Shown here: positions 18,582 through 27,283 of the stretch, piece after piece
Layout of the letters: the number at the start of each line of letters is the position of its first letter
How positions within the stretch are numbered: position 1 is the stretch's first letter
Assembly (NCBI GenBank): GCA_049287205.1
Contig: JBAQFJ010000001.1
Span: 255,041 to 319,040 of the forward strand
Direction: 5' to 3'
DNA length: 64,000 nt
From: Microgenomates group bacterium
Lineage (GTDB): Bacteria > Patescibacteriota > Microgenomatia > UBA10105 > UBA927
Made by a program: the position numbers and the translations under genes
The notes under the pieces: model-generated
Told to the model about the DNA's origin: nothing
Seen by the model: only the letters and a program-made list of their open reading frames with translations
Databases searched by the model: none

Positions 18582-19235
18582 ATGTTTTTTAAGTCTATCC
18601 AGAAATTTGATTTTCTAGTTTCTTTATACATTTTTTGTATTGTCGCTTCAGAGACCATGGGTGCAAAAACAGTTCCATTAGGTTCGTTATTTGGTTTTTC
18701 ATTCAACGCAAGCGTTTCATTGTTGTTATTGCCGTTGACGTTTACCGTTAACGACATCATCACGGAAGTATTTGGCAAAGAACGCGCAAGGAGCGTGATC
18801 CGATCCGGTCTTGTGATTATTGCACTGTTGTTTTTGTTTACCCTTATTGCAACCGTCCTTCCTCCGTCAAAGCGGTTTTTGTCGTCAGAGGGTGCATATG
18901 ACACAATTTTTGGTTTTTCACTCCGTATGTCACTCGCCAGTCTTGTTGCGTTCACCTTATCAGAATTCTTAGACGTTGCAGTATTCGTGAAACTTCGTGC
19001 ACTCTTGGGAAAGAAAAAACTATGGCTTCGGAATAACGCATCCAACTTTATTGGGCAGTTGATCGATAGCACCGTATTTATCTTTTTGGCATTTTATTCG
19101 TTTGATAAACCTTTTAGCGCGAACTGGACTTTTATTATCGGTATCATACTTCCATTATGGCTTCTTAAATGCAGCATGTCTGTTATTGAAACCCCGCTCG
19201 TATATCTCGGGACAAAATGGTTGAAAAAAGGATAA
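18582..19235 (+). CDS. queuosine-precursor transporter, YhhQ/DUF165 (VUT) family, copy 1
   Basis: 6-TM protein, about 217 aa, paralogous to 28898..29593; the ORF caller's upstream TTG start was replaced by the first ATG. Confidence 0.6.
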   Translation: MFFKSIQKFDFLVSLYIFCIVASETMGAKTVPLGSLFGFSFNASVSLLLLPLTFTVNDIITEVFGKERARSVIRSGLVIIALLFLFTLIATVLPPSKRFLSSEGAYDTIFGFSLRMSLASLVAFTLSEFLDVAVFVKLRALLGKKKLWLRNNASNFIGQLIDSTVFIFLAFYSFDKPFSANWTFIIGIILPLWLLKCSMSVIETPLVYLGTKWLKKG

Positions 19236-19339
19236 ATATTTTGAAGTGTTATTCTTGTTATATTTTCGTTAATAATGTTGTTATAACGGGACAATGTTAT
19301 AATAGGCTCAATAATTAATTTAGGTATACATAGTATCGT

Positions 19340-20068
19340 ATGAATATACAAATTGTGGTTGCACATCCGGATGATGAAATCATCATGTGTGGAGCGACGA
19401 TAGATAAATTAATTCATGCTCATCATCACGTTCATGTGACCTTCTGTACGTTGAATGATCAAGCATATTTTGGTTCAGAAACCCAATCCCATCGAATGCG
19501 GCGCGCAAAAAATGAAGCGATACGGAGTAGTCGAAAACTCGGTTATACTGTAAGTTTTTTGGGATATAAGGATATGGAAGTGGAACACAATAAAGGATTG
19601 CTTATGCAACATATTATTCGTGAGATTAGAAAAAGAAAACCTGATGTTATCATTACCCATCACGGGAGTGATAAGCATATAGATCATCGAACAATCGGTG
19701 AAATTATCCCGGAGGCAAATTTTCAAAGTGGTTGTAATCTTTGTGGAGGAAACAAAACGTGGAGCGCCCACGCTGTTCTGCAGGGAGAGATTGATTTGGA
19801 AATGACATCAATATTTATATTTGATACCGTGTCAGCAGTTACTGAAAAAAATATTAACCAGAAGATGCAAGCATTTCAATGTTATGCATCGGTTGATGCA
19901 GAGCATAAAACAGAAACGACATGGCTTGTGAAAAAATGTACGTTTGTTGCATCATTACGGGGAAGATCCATCGGAAAGAAATACGGTGAAGCGTTTATTA
20001 TTAACAATTATAGTCCTCTTGATCATGAGGCTGTCCGGATGATCGGGGAAGTCATTAAAGAACGGTAA
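19340..20068 (+). CDS. LmbE/PIG-L family N-acetylglucosaminyl deacetylase
   Basis: N-terminal 'IVVAHPDDEIIMCGATI' (PIG-L signature AHPDDE); His-rich metal site 'ITHHGSDKHIDH'. Confidence 0.75.
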   Translation: MNIQIVVAHPDDEIIMCGATIDKLIHAHHHVHVTFCTLNDQAYFGSETQSHRMRRAKNEAIRSSRKLGYTVSFLGYKDMEVEHNKGLLMQHIIREIRKRKPDVIITHHGSDKHIDHRTIGEIIPEANFQSGCNLCGGNKTWSAHAVLQGEIDLEMTSIFIFDTVSAVTEKNINQKMQAFQCYASVDAEHKTETTWLVKKCTFVASLRGRSIGKKYGEAFIINNYSPLDHEAVRMIGEVIKER

Positions 20069-20073
20069 GGCAC

Positions 20074-21081
20074 ATGAATACTATTCCTTTGTATGCACCG
20101 CAGTCCAATTATTCCAGTAAAGTGTACAACAGTGGATGTTGGATTGACGGTTCATATACAAAAGAACTTGAAGAACGGTTGAAGGAGTATCTCCATGTCC
20201 CATACGTTATTTTAACAAGTAGTGGCACAGCAGCTCTTCTTGCAGCATATTGGGTATTAAAAAACAAAAAGCTTCCGCTCGTTGTTGATCCCTATACCTT
20301 TCCCGCTACCTATCAGCCCGCCCGAATGCTTGACTATGAAATTATATTTCAACGGATGATTATGCCAAAGCAAGTGAATCCAGTTGTTCTTATCCCAGAA
20401 AAACGTATGTACACCGTGACACATTTGTTTGGGCAACCAAATGTGCTGATAGAGCCGTATGCAAAGCAACTTTGCATTGAAGATGCGTGTCAGGCGTTTG
20501 GAGCTAAATATAACGGGCAATGTGTCGGAACGATTGGAAGTATCGGATGTTATAGTTTTTATCCGACTAAAACATTACATACCTGTGGACATGCCGGCGC
20601 AGTGGTGACCAAGGATGAGCGATATTATCGTAGCATGAAAACATTTATTGAATCTGGTCGGGAAAACGGCAAGATGACGAATACGATTGCTTTAAATCTA
20701 CGGATTGATGAATTAAAGGCAGAATATATTTTGAAAGAACTTTCCCAGTATGATAAACGAATTTCTCTACAGCGGGAAATTGCGGAAGAATATAAACAGT
20801 GCATACCAGAGAAGCAGCCGTTAGTTGAAGAAATACCCGGTAATTTTAATATCTATTCGGTTTTTAACTTACTTATAAAGAAACGGGATGCGTTCCGTAA
20901 ACATATGGAAAAATTTGGTATTCAGACGATGGTTTATTATAACGAAGATATGCTTCCGGTTCGTCAAAGAAATGCGTATAAGGACATTACATCATCCATT
21001 GTTTCGATTCCTTGTCGATACAGTCTTACAACAAAAGAAGTGAAGAAAATTACATTCGCTTTGAAAGCGTGGTATGTATGA
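20074..21081 (+). CDS. DegT/DnrJ/EryC1/StrS-family PLP-dependent sugar aminotransferase
   Basis: 'EDACQAFGAKYNGQCVGTIGSIGCYSFYPTKTLHTCGHAGAVVT' (PLP-Lys region) is typical of DegT-family enzymes. Confidence 0.8.
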   Translation: MNTIPLYAPQSNYSSKVYNSGCWIDGSYTKELEERLKEYLHVPYVILTSSGTAALLAAYWVLKNKKLPLVVDPYTFPATYQPARMLDYEIIFQRMIMPKQVNPVVLIPEKRMYTVTHLFGQPNVLIEPYAKQLCIEDACQAFGAKYNGQCVGTIGSIGCYSFYPTKTLHTCGHAGAVVTKDERYYRSMKTFIESGRENGKMTNTIALNLRIDELKAEYILKELSQYDKRISLQREIAEEYKQCIPEKQPLVEEIPGNFNIYSVFNLLIKKRDAFRKHMEKFGIQTMVYYNEDMLPVRQRNAYKDITSSIVSIPCRYSLTTKEVKKITFALKAWYV

Positions 21082-22133
21082 AAACGATTTTGAAACTTGG
21101 AGATATTCATTACGCAAAAAGTTTACAGAAATGTAGTCCTTCTTACACAAGGGGTTTTCCTCAAAGGGAATATTTTTTAGAAAAACACAGTAAAGATCTT
21201 GCATTTGAGTATTTTCGTCACCCCGTTTTAAGAACTATTGATGATGTTGTAGAAAAGCGGCATTTGTTAGATCTGTATCTTTCGAAGAATACGCCGGATT
21301 ATTTATTAGTGGATAATCCTCTTGACGGGTTATTATTATCTAAATCAATACAAATTCCTATTATTTTTGACAGCATCGATTGGTACGATGAGATGTATCT
21401 CAAAGAATATGGAATAAATGAAACCTATTATTTGTTACGGTATGGGTTAGTACATCTTTTGGGGATATCTCAAAAAGTCATTTCCCAGTCACCGGTGAAT
21501 CTTCGTGCATTGCAATGTTGGGGACTGCAAACAAAAAAAACGTGTGTTATTCCAAATGGCTATGATAAGACAGTTTTTTTTCCGTATAAAAAGACGAAGA
21601 TCAGTAAATTGAAAAAGGAATTTTCTAAAAAATATCATGTTGATTTAGGAAACAAAAAAATTATTACATATACCGGCAAACTTGGTGCGTGGTACGACAA
21701 TATTTTGCTTATTTGCAGAGCAATTCAAGATGATCAGGTGTTATTTATCGTGGGGGATGGACCACTCCGGCAAACGCTACCCAAGCAATCGAATATCATA
21801 TCCTGTGGTGCCGTTCCTTATACAGATGTTCCAAAATTTACGAATGTTGCCGATGCGTTAGTATTTCCTGTTGATGTTGATTGCAGCCCGATAGCAATTA
21901 GCGAATATTTAGCAGTGGGAAAACCTATTGTTATGGGAGTGGGAAGAATTGAATGGTTATTAAAAAATGGTGTAAACGGGCGACTCGTGACGAACAATGA
22001 GTACGCATGGAAACAGGGAATACAACAAGCGATTGCAATGGGTGAGCAATGTAAAAAATATAATTGTGCCTTAGCAAAGGAACTTTCTTGGCAATATTTA
22101 ACAAAAAAATTTACCAATTTTATCTATGCCTAA
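21078..22133 (+). CDS. glycosyltransferase family 4 (GT-B, group 1)
   Basis: C-terminal GT1 block 'ITYTGKLGAWYDNILL...VGDGPLRQTL...ADALVFP...EYLAVGKPIV'; ATG overlaps the DegT stop (ATGA). Confidence 0.7.
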   Translation: MKTILKLGDIHYAKSLQKCSPSYTRGFPQREYFLEKHSKDLAFEYFRHPVLRTIDDVVEKRHLLDLYLSKNTPDYLLVDNPLDGLLLSKSIQIPIIFDSIDWYDEMYLKEYGINETYYLLRYGLVHLLGISQKVISQSPVNLRALQCWGLQTKKTCVIPNGYDKTVFFPYKKTKISKLKKEFSKKYHVDLGNKKIITYTGKLGAWYDNILLICRAIQDDQVLFIVGDGPLRQTLPKQSNIISCGAVPYTDVPKFTNVADALVFPVDVDCSPIAISEYLAVGKPIVMGVGRIEWLLKNGVNGRLVTNNEYAWKQGIQQAIAMGEQCKKYNCALAKELSWQYLTKKFTNFIYA

Positions 22134-22932
22134 CTTCCAAAATATCGCGGTTATTGGTTTTGGGAAGATGGGAAGGTTGTACGATCAATTTCTAACGGCA
22201 ACATATATCATTGATGTGCTTCCAGTACAAAACAGAGTATATTTTAGTCAACTGGACGAGTTTCTCCATTATGGGCAGCCCGTTGATCTTGCGATTGTTA
22301 CAAATCCTACACCACTTCATGATGAGACAGTCAATAAATTACTGTCGTATGGAATCAACGTATTGTGTGAGAAGCCGTTATGTTTTTCCTCAGATACGTG
22401 TGTTCGTCTTGAACGGCTGGCAAAGAAAAAAGGATTGATGCTGTATCAATCAACGCTTGAACGATACAACCCTGCGATTCAGTATATAAAAGAACACATA
22501 AAAATGTCTGATGTTGACCATATTGAGAGCTTTCGGTTTGGAACGCGTCCAGAATGGAATTATACGAGTGATCCGAAATATGATTTGGGAATTCATGATG
22601 TTGATTTGTGGGTGTATTTGACGCGAAGATTGATTCCATGGACGATGCATTGCGGGTATGGCACGCCAAAACGGGAACTTCTTTTGTATTTGAAAACAGG
22701 GGATACGATTCTGTTAGACTTACAAAAGAAATTGGTACGGCGTTCTGACACAGTGTTGGATTTTTCAACAACATCGGGCAGTAATCCTATTGTTGAAATG
22801 GTGACGGCACTTGTAAAAAATGGAAAACGCATGAATGAATCATGGGGCCAGGAAATTGCCATCATTGAACATATGTCAAGCGGAAAAGACAGCTATTCAG
22901 TTCTGCTTACGGAGGATTACCGAGAGAAATAG
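22126..22932 (+). CDS. Gfo/Idh/MocA-family NAD(P)-dependent oxidoreductase
   Basis: Rossmann start 'IAVIGFGKMGRLY' and 'HDETVNKLLSYGINVLCEKPL' (EKP motif). Confidence 0.65.
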   Translation: MPNFQNIAVIGFGKMGRLYDQFLTATYIIDVLPVQNRVYFSQLDEFLHYGQPVDLAIVTNPTPLHDETVNKLLSYGINVLCEKPLCFSSDTCVRLERLAKKKGLMLYQSTLERYNPAIQYIKEHIKMSDVDHIESFRFGTRPEWNYTSDPKYDLGIHDVDLWVYLTRRLIPWTMHCGYGTPKRELLLYLKTGDTILLDLQKKLVRRSDTVLDFSTTSGSNPIVEMVTALVKNGKRMNESWGQEIAIIEHMSSGKDSYSVLLTEDYREK

Positions 22933-23963
22933 TTGTGGATTGCAACTGATAATACCCGTAAATCTTCGTTGTTCATCGAACCAAACTGTGTATCAAGAAT
23001 CCGATCCGGTAATTGCAGTTTTTTTCCGATATTGGCAAATCCTATCTGTGGTGCTCTACGGCCACTATCTTCCAGATACGTTCCGGATTTTGTTAATCGG
23101 GCAAGTTCTCGATTTGTTTCTCTTCGATCGTATCTATTTCTTTCTGTTTTAGAACGTAAGTTTCCAGCTTCGCTTGTATTAGAAAAGGCTGTTTCAAGAA
23201 TGCTTCGTACCGGTTTTGATCGTTCGTTACGGATAAGCTGTCGGAAGATGCTGTTCCATTGATTTACATCTTCTCCTTTATATGGGGTGAGTCTCATGAG
23301 GTAAGATCGTGTGCTGGGGAATGGATAAAATCCTGATGCCGGTAATTCCATTAAATTTTCTACTGAAAAAAATGCATTCGCAATAAGCGATGATTTTGTA
23401 TACCAATCACTAAGCGGATTATCGGTTAATAAAGCTTTTCCAAAATTATCTCCGACCATTAAAATGGCATTATCGATTGGTAATTCTGTTAACAGTTTTA
23501 AGAATGGTTCTGATATGTGATACGGAATATTCGCAGCCACTTCCCAGGATCCGTCTCTGTCAGCAGCCATGATTTTGTCATATTTGAGTTTAAGCGCGTC
23601 GCCAAAAATGATACTTAATTTATTTTTTTTGATCGTTCCCTGCATACTGAATGGGTCCATTGTTTCGTTTTCCGTATCACCAGTCTGATTTACTTTTGCC
23701 TGTAGATCTTCTAATATTTCTCCATATTGTCGGTCTATCTCAATGCCGACAACGCGCTTTGCTGTTTTTGTGAGGGCCTCTGTCAGATTTCCTGGACCGG
23801 CGCCAACTTCAATAACATTTGCTCCAGGAGAAACTTGTTGTGCAATAAAATTTAATATATTTTGGTCGACCAAAATATGTTGCCCCAACCGTTCTTTGGG
23901 AAGGATTTCATAGTCTGTCAATTTTTGTTGAATAGGAGATGGTATTTCTTGACGAGCTGGCAT
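22917..23963 (-). CDS. ksgA: 16S rRNA adenine dimethyltransferase (KsgA/RsmA/Erm family) with about 80-aa charged C-terminal extension
   Basis: SAM motif 'VIEVGAGPGNLT' and catalytic 'NIPYHIS' (NLPYNIS-type); 348 aa vs about 270 typical. Confidence 0.7.
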   Translation of the reverse strand: MPARQEIPSPIQQKLTDYEILPKERLGQHILVDQNILNFIAQQVSPGANVIEVGAGPGNLTEALTKTAKRVVGIEIDRQYGEILEDLQAKVNQTGDTENETMDPFSMQGTIKKNKLSIIFGDALKLKYDKIMAADRDGSWEVAANIPYHISEPFLKLLTELPIDNAILMVGDNFGKALLTDNPLSDWYTKSSLIANAFFSVENLMELPASGFYPFPSTRSYLMRLTPYKGEDVNQWNSIFRQLIRNERSKPVRSILETAFSNTSEAGNLRSKTERNRYDRRETNRELARLTKSGTYLEDSGRRAPQIGFANIGKKLQLPDRILDTQFGSMNNEDLRVLSVAIHNYFSR

Positions 23964-24010
23964 AATATTTCGGATTATAGCTTAATAATGTTGTCAATAC
24001 AATCTAAACG

Positions 24011-24715
24011 TCATTTAGAAAGTTGAGGATGGGGTAATGCCTGAAGATTTGTATTGCGTTCCTCACAATTTGCACAGGTGCCGCATATAACTATTTTGCT
24101 GTCTTCCACATGTGCATTCCAACAGGAAACGGTTAAATCAATAGCACCGCGCTCTGCAAGAATTTCGAGTACTTTTCGTTTGTCCGCATTTTGTAAGGGC
24201 GTGTAGACATCCATTTGCCTGGAAAGCGTTTGTGTAAGGAGTGTTTCAAGAATTTTATGGTGAATCATGTTGGAATCACCAAATACGCCCTGATCAGATG
24301 CCATAAATCCGATGGAAACCCCATCCGCATCTATCTGATGAGCGTAAATGCCGGCAAGGAGCATAAAGACAGAATTTCTTCCCGGAACCCACGCATTCGT
24401 ATCGTCCTGCGCATTTTCACCTAACAGTGCACTATGACTTATTTGTTTGAGAATATCCGTTTGAACAATATGTGGTTTTTCGAAACCGAGAAGGGGAGCA
24501 GCTTTTTCCACACAAAATTGTTCTGCTTCAGAAGCAGTCTGTCCATAATCAAAGAAGATGGGATGAATTGCGTACCCTCTGTCCTGCAGTAGTAACCCAG
24601 CGGCAGTGCTGTCGGCTCCTCCTGAATAGAGGAGTACCGCCTTGTTTGTCGGTTCCCGTTGCAATCCTTTGAGGATTGCCGTTTGTTCTGTTGATTTCGG
24701 TTGAAATTCTTTCAT
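24011..24715 (-). CDS. queC: 7-cyano-7-deazaguanine synthase
   Basis: PP-loop 'LLYSGGADSTA'; C-terminal Zn Cys cluster 'CWNAH...CGTCANCEER'. Confidence 0.75.
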   Translation of the reverse strand: MKEFQPKSTEQTAILKGLQREPTNKAVLLYSGGADSTAAGLLLQDRGYAIHPIFFDYGQTASEAEQFCVEKAAPLLGFEKPHIVQTDILKQISHSALLGENAQDDTNAWVPGRNSVFMLLAGIYAHQIDADGVSIGFMASDQGVFGDSNMIHHKILETLLTQTLSRQMDVYTPLQNADKRKVLEILAERGAIDLTVSCWNAHVEDSKIVICGTCANCEERNTNLQALPHPQLSK

Positions 24716-25725
24716 ATGATGTGCAGATCTTGAGTGAGAAAATTTTTTAGATGTGCTTCTTCTTTTGTATATGAAAATTCATTATAGACACTGTATCTGA
24801 GATTATGTTTGGTGACATAGTTTTGCATGCTTTCCAACGTCTCAAGCATAATTTGTGTGGTAAGACCATTCGGTTTGTAGGAAAGTCCGACCGTATCCAT
24901 AAATGATTTCATTTCTTTCCAAGGTTGTTTTTGAACAAACAGAGTTGTGAGAATACCGAGGCTTACGAGCTCACCATGGATTGCATGTGGGATTTTTGCT
25001 TCGAGATTATATGTTAAAAAATGTTCGCCACCTTCTTCCGGTCTGCTGTTTCCATAGAAATAACATAATTGCACTTCTTGCGAGAGCGCATGAATGATGG
25101 CTTGCAATCCTTTGTCTGTCATGTGCTTAATTTCCTGCTCTTGGATAAGAAGGTCGTTGAGAATATTGTTCGCCATGAGCGCAATGGAAGGATTAAATTT
25201 TTCATCAGGTTGGGCTACACCATGAGTATTTGCAAGTTTCCAATCATATACTGCGGTGGCAATAGATAAGACGTCTCCACAGCCGCTCACATTGAGACGC
25301 TTCGGCGCTTCCTGAAGCACAGTATTGTCAAAGAGAACAAGTGAAGCTTTTTTTGCTGGAATATATCGTACACATCCATGTTCCCGAATTCCTGCGCTGT
25401 TTACTAAAAAGGCGTCACTCGTAATTGCTGTCGGTATGGATATATATTCTTTTTTCCATTCTGATGCGGCAAGTCTGGTAATATCGGTTACAACGCCACC
25501 GCCAGCGCCATACATAATCTCTGCTGTCGTTGGATGTGATAAAAATGCATCGACTTCATCGGTTTTTGCCGTTTCTATATGAAGTTTGTCAATAATATTG
25601 ATTCCCGTCAGATATGGTTTAATCCGTTTTTCCCCATGAGAAGATGTAATAAGGGCGGAAGGGCGAGAATCAGCATATTGTTGTAGATTCACCCATTGTA
25701 TGGTTGGTAAACATTCAGTGCGCAT
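24712..25725 (-). CDS. DHQS-like superfamily NAD(P)/metal-dependent dehydrogenase (glycerol-1-phosphate / glycerol dehydrogenase-like)
   Basis: 'GAGGGVVTDITR' glycine-rich NAD motif, 'ISIPTAITSDAF' (PTAxSxDA of G1PDH/GldA), His ligands 'HAIHGELVSLG'. Confidence 0.5.
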   Translation of the reverse strand: MRTECLPTIQWVNLQQYADSRPSALITSSHGEKRIKPYLTGINIIDKLHIETAKTDEVDAFLSHPTTAEIMYGAGGGVVTDITRLAASEWKKEYISIPTAITSDAFLVNSAGIREHGCVRYIPAKKASLVLFDNTVLQEAPKRLNVSGCGDVLSIATAVYDWKLANTHGVAQPDEKFNPSIALMANNILNDLLIQEQEIKHMTDKGLQAIIHALSQEVQLCYFYGNSRPEEGGEHFLTYNLEAKIPHAIHGELVSLGILTTLFVQKQPWKEMKSFMDTVGLSYKPNGLTTQIMLETLESMQNYVTKHNLRYSVYNEFSYTKEEAHLKNFLTQDLHII

Positions 25726-25733
25726 GTGTGTTG

Positions 25734-27269
25734 TTAATTGGTGGACAGAAGAAACGGATGGAACAAATCCATTTGATGAAAAGCAAGATGATAATATAAC
25801 TCAGCTGCGAATTTATCAACACGTACGTCAATAGCTTCTAATGGATGCATGGCATGAAGGGATTTTTTGTACTCATTTATTTGGCGAATTATGTCTTTTT
25901 GTATTGGTGCGTCAAAGGAATTTTTTCTTTTTAAGAATATTGTGGCATTTGCGTTGAATATAGTTGTTCCATCGGATAATTCGCTATTTATGTCTTCAAG
26001 AAGTGGCAACATGTCTGTAAATCCAGAAGCAAAATGTGGATGTTTAAATGCTTGATATCCATAAAACGCAAGTAATTCCGGAGGAACATCTATTAATTTT
26101 CCTTCAGCTTTATATTGTTTATAGAGTGGGGTTCCCGGTTGCATTTCCAGATTTGCAACAATATATCCGCTTGATTCTAATCCTTTGAGTAATTGAATTT
26201 CTTTTCGAACATTGTCTTGTGTGTGCCAATCTAAACCAACAATAAATGTCGAAACAACGTTAATACCGTGCTCTTGTAAATGCGCGTTTAATTTTTGTAA
26301 GTCAGTCCCATCATTTTTTTTATATCCGTTTAGCAATGATTCGACTCCAATGTTCACTGTGGTTACTCGAAGTGCACCGTGTGTTAGTTCATCGATTGTA
26401 TATTTCGAAATTACTTTTGATGATGTTGTTGTCACTAAATCACATTGAAACGGTAAATCTTGGCAAAGACGAAACACTTCTTTCCATTGAGCAACATTCC
26501 CTAATCCTTGCGGTTCGCCGAGGCTCACCATAAAATATGGACTATTTGGTGCAATGGTATCGTGTGCTTTAATAATTTCATCCTTTATTTGTTGGGGAGT
26601 AAACGGCGCTTTATATTCCGTCCCAAATTGTGCAGTTGATGGGCAAAAATCGCATCCATACATACAACCATAGCTACTCAGTAATATCGCGTAGTCAGTT
26701 TCTTTTTTTATGCCGTTAAAGAGTGTTTGTGAACGTGCTTTTGCAAAAATAGGTTTTAGCGGATCATTTGTTGTTTCACCAATAATTTGTCGTAGTGCAT
26801 CGACTTGATTTCCTTTTATTGTATGATCAACAAATATTTGTGATTCTTGTACTAATGCCCCAACAGATGCACCTATGGTAGTGATATTTGGGTAATTTTG
26901 ACGTATATGACGGGCAGCTTTTCGAAAGTCCGAAAACCCGCTTAAATATGATGCCATAACGACATGGTCGTATTTTCCGGTAGCGAGCTCCTCGTCAATT
27001 TGTTCAATGGAAAGTGGTTTAGAAAGAATCTTGCTTGGCGTTGTTATGTTTTCACTCATCCATGTACCGGGAAGATTATCGTACTCCCAAGAAAAAGAAA
27101 AAGATGTATCCGTATTTTGTGTATGCAACTTTCCAATATATGAATTAAGAAATGCCGCATCTTGAGGTTGTAAAATATTTTTGTTATATAACCCAGTAAG
27201 TTTCTGTTCTAATCCGGTAGAATTATTGTTTAGATCTTGTGCAAGGGTAAATAATACTTCTTTAGCCAT
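25734..27269 (-). CDS. B12-binding-domain radical SAM protein
   Basis: 511 aa; N-terminal Rossmann-like B12-type domain ('TTIGASVGALVQESQIFVDHTIKGNQVDALRQIIG'), then the 'CMYGCDFC' CxxxCxxC cluster. Confidence 0.55.
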   Translation of the reverse strand: MAKEVLFTLAQDLNNNSTGLEQKLTGLYNKNILQPQDAAFLNSYIGKLHTQNTDTSFSFSWEYDNLPGTWMSENITTPSKILSKPLSIEQIDEELATGKYDHVVMASYLSGFSDFRKAARHIRQNYPNITTIGASVGALVQESQIFVDHTIKGNQVDALRQIIGETTNDPLKPIFAKARSQTLFNGIKKETDYAILLSSYGCMYGCDFCPSTAQFGTEYKAPFTPQQIKDEIIKAHDTIAPNSPYFMVSLGEPQGLGNVAQWKEVFRLCQDLPFQCDLVTTTSSKVISKYTIDELTHGALRVTTVNIGVESLLNGYKKNDGTDLQKLNAHLQEHGINVVSTFIVGLDWHTQDNVRKEIQLLKGLESSGYIVANLEMQPGTPLYKQYKAEGKLIDVPPELLAFYGYQAFKHPHFASGFTDMLPLLEDINSELSDGTTIFNANATIFLKRKNSFDAPIQKDIIRQINEYKKSLHAMHPLEAIDVRVDKFAAELYYHLAFHQMDLFHPFLLSTN

Positions 27270-27283
27270 ATATGAGTTATCGC

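Noticed and set aside
18485-19072. 195-aa minus-strand ORF antisense to the YhhQ copy 1
   Set aside because: The plus-strand product has clear DUF165/YhhQ-like membrane topology and a paralog in the window; the antisense ORF has no features.
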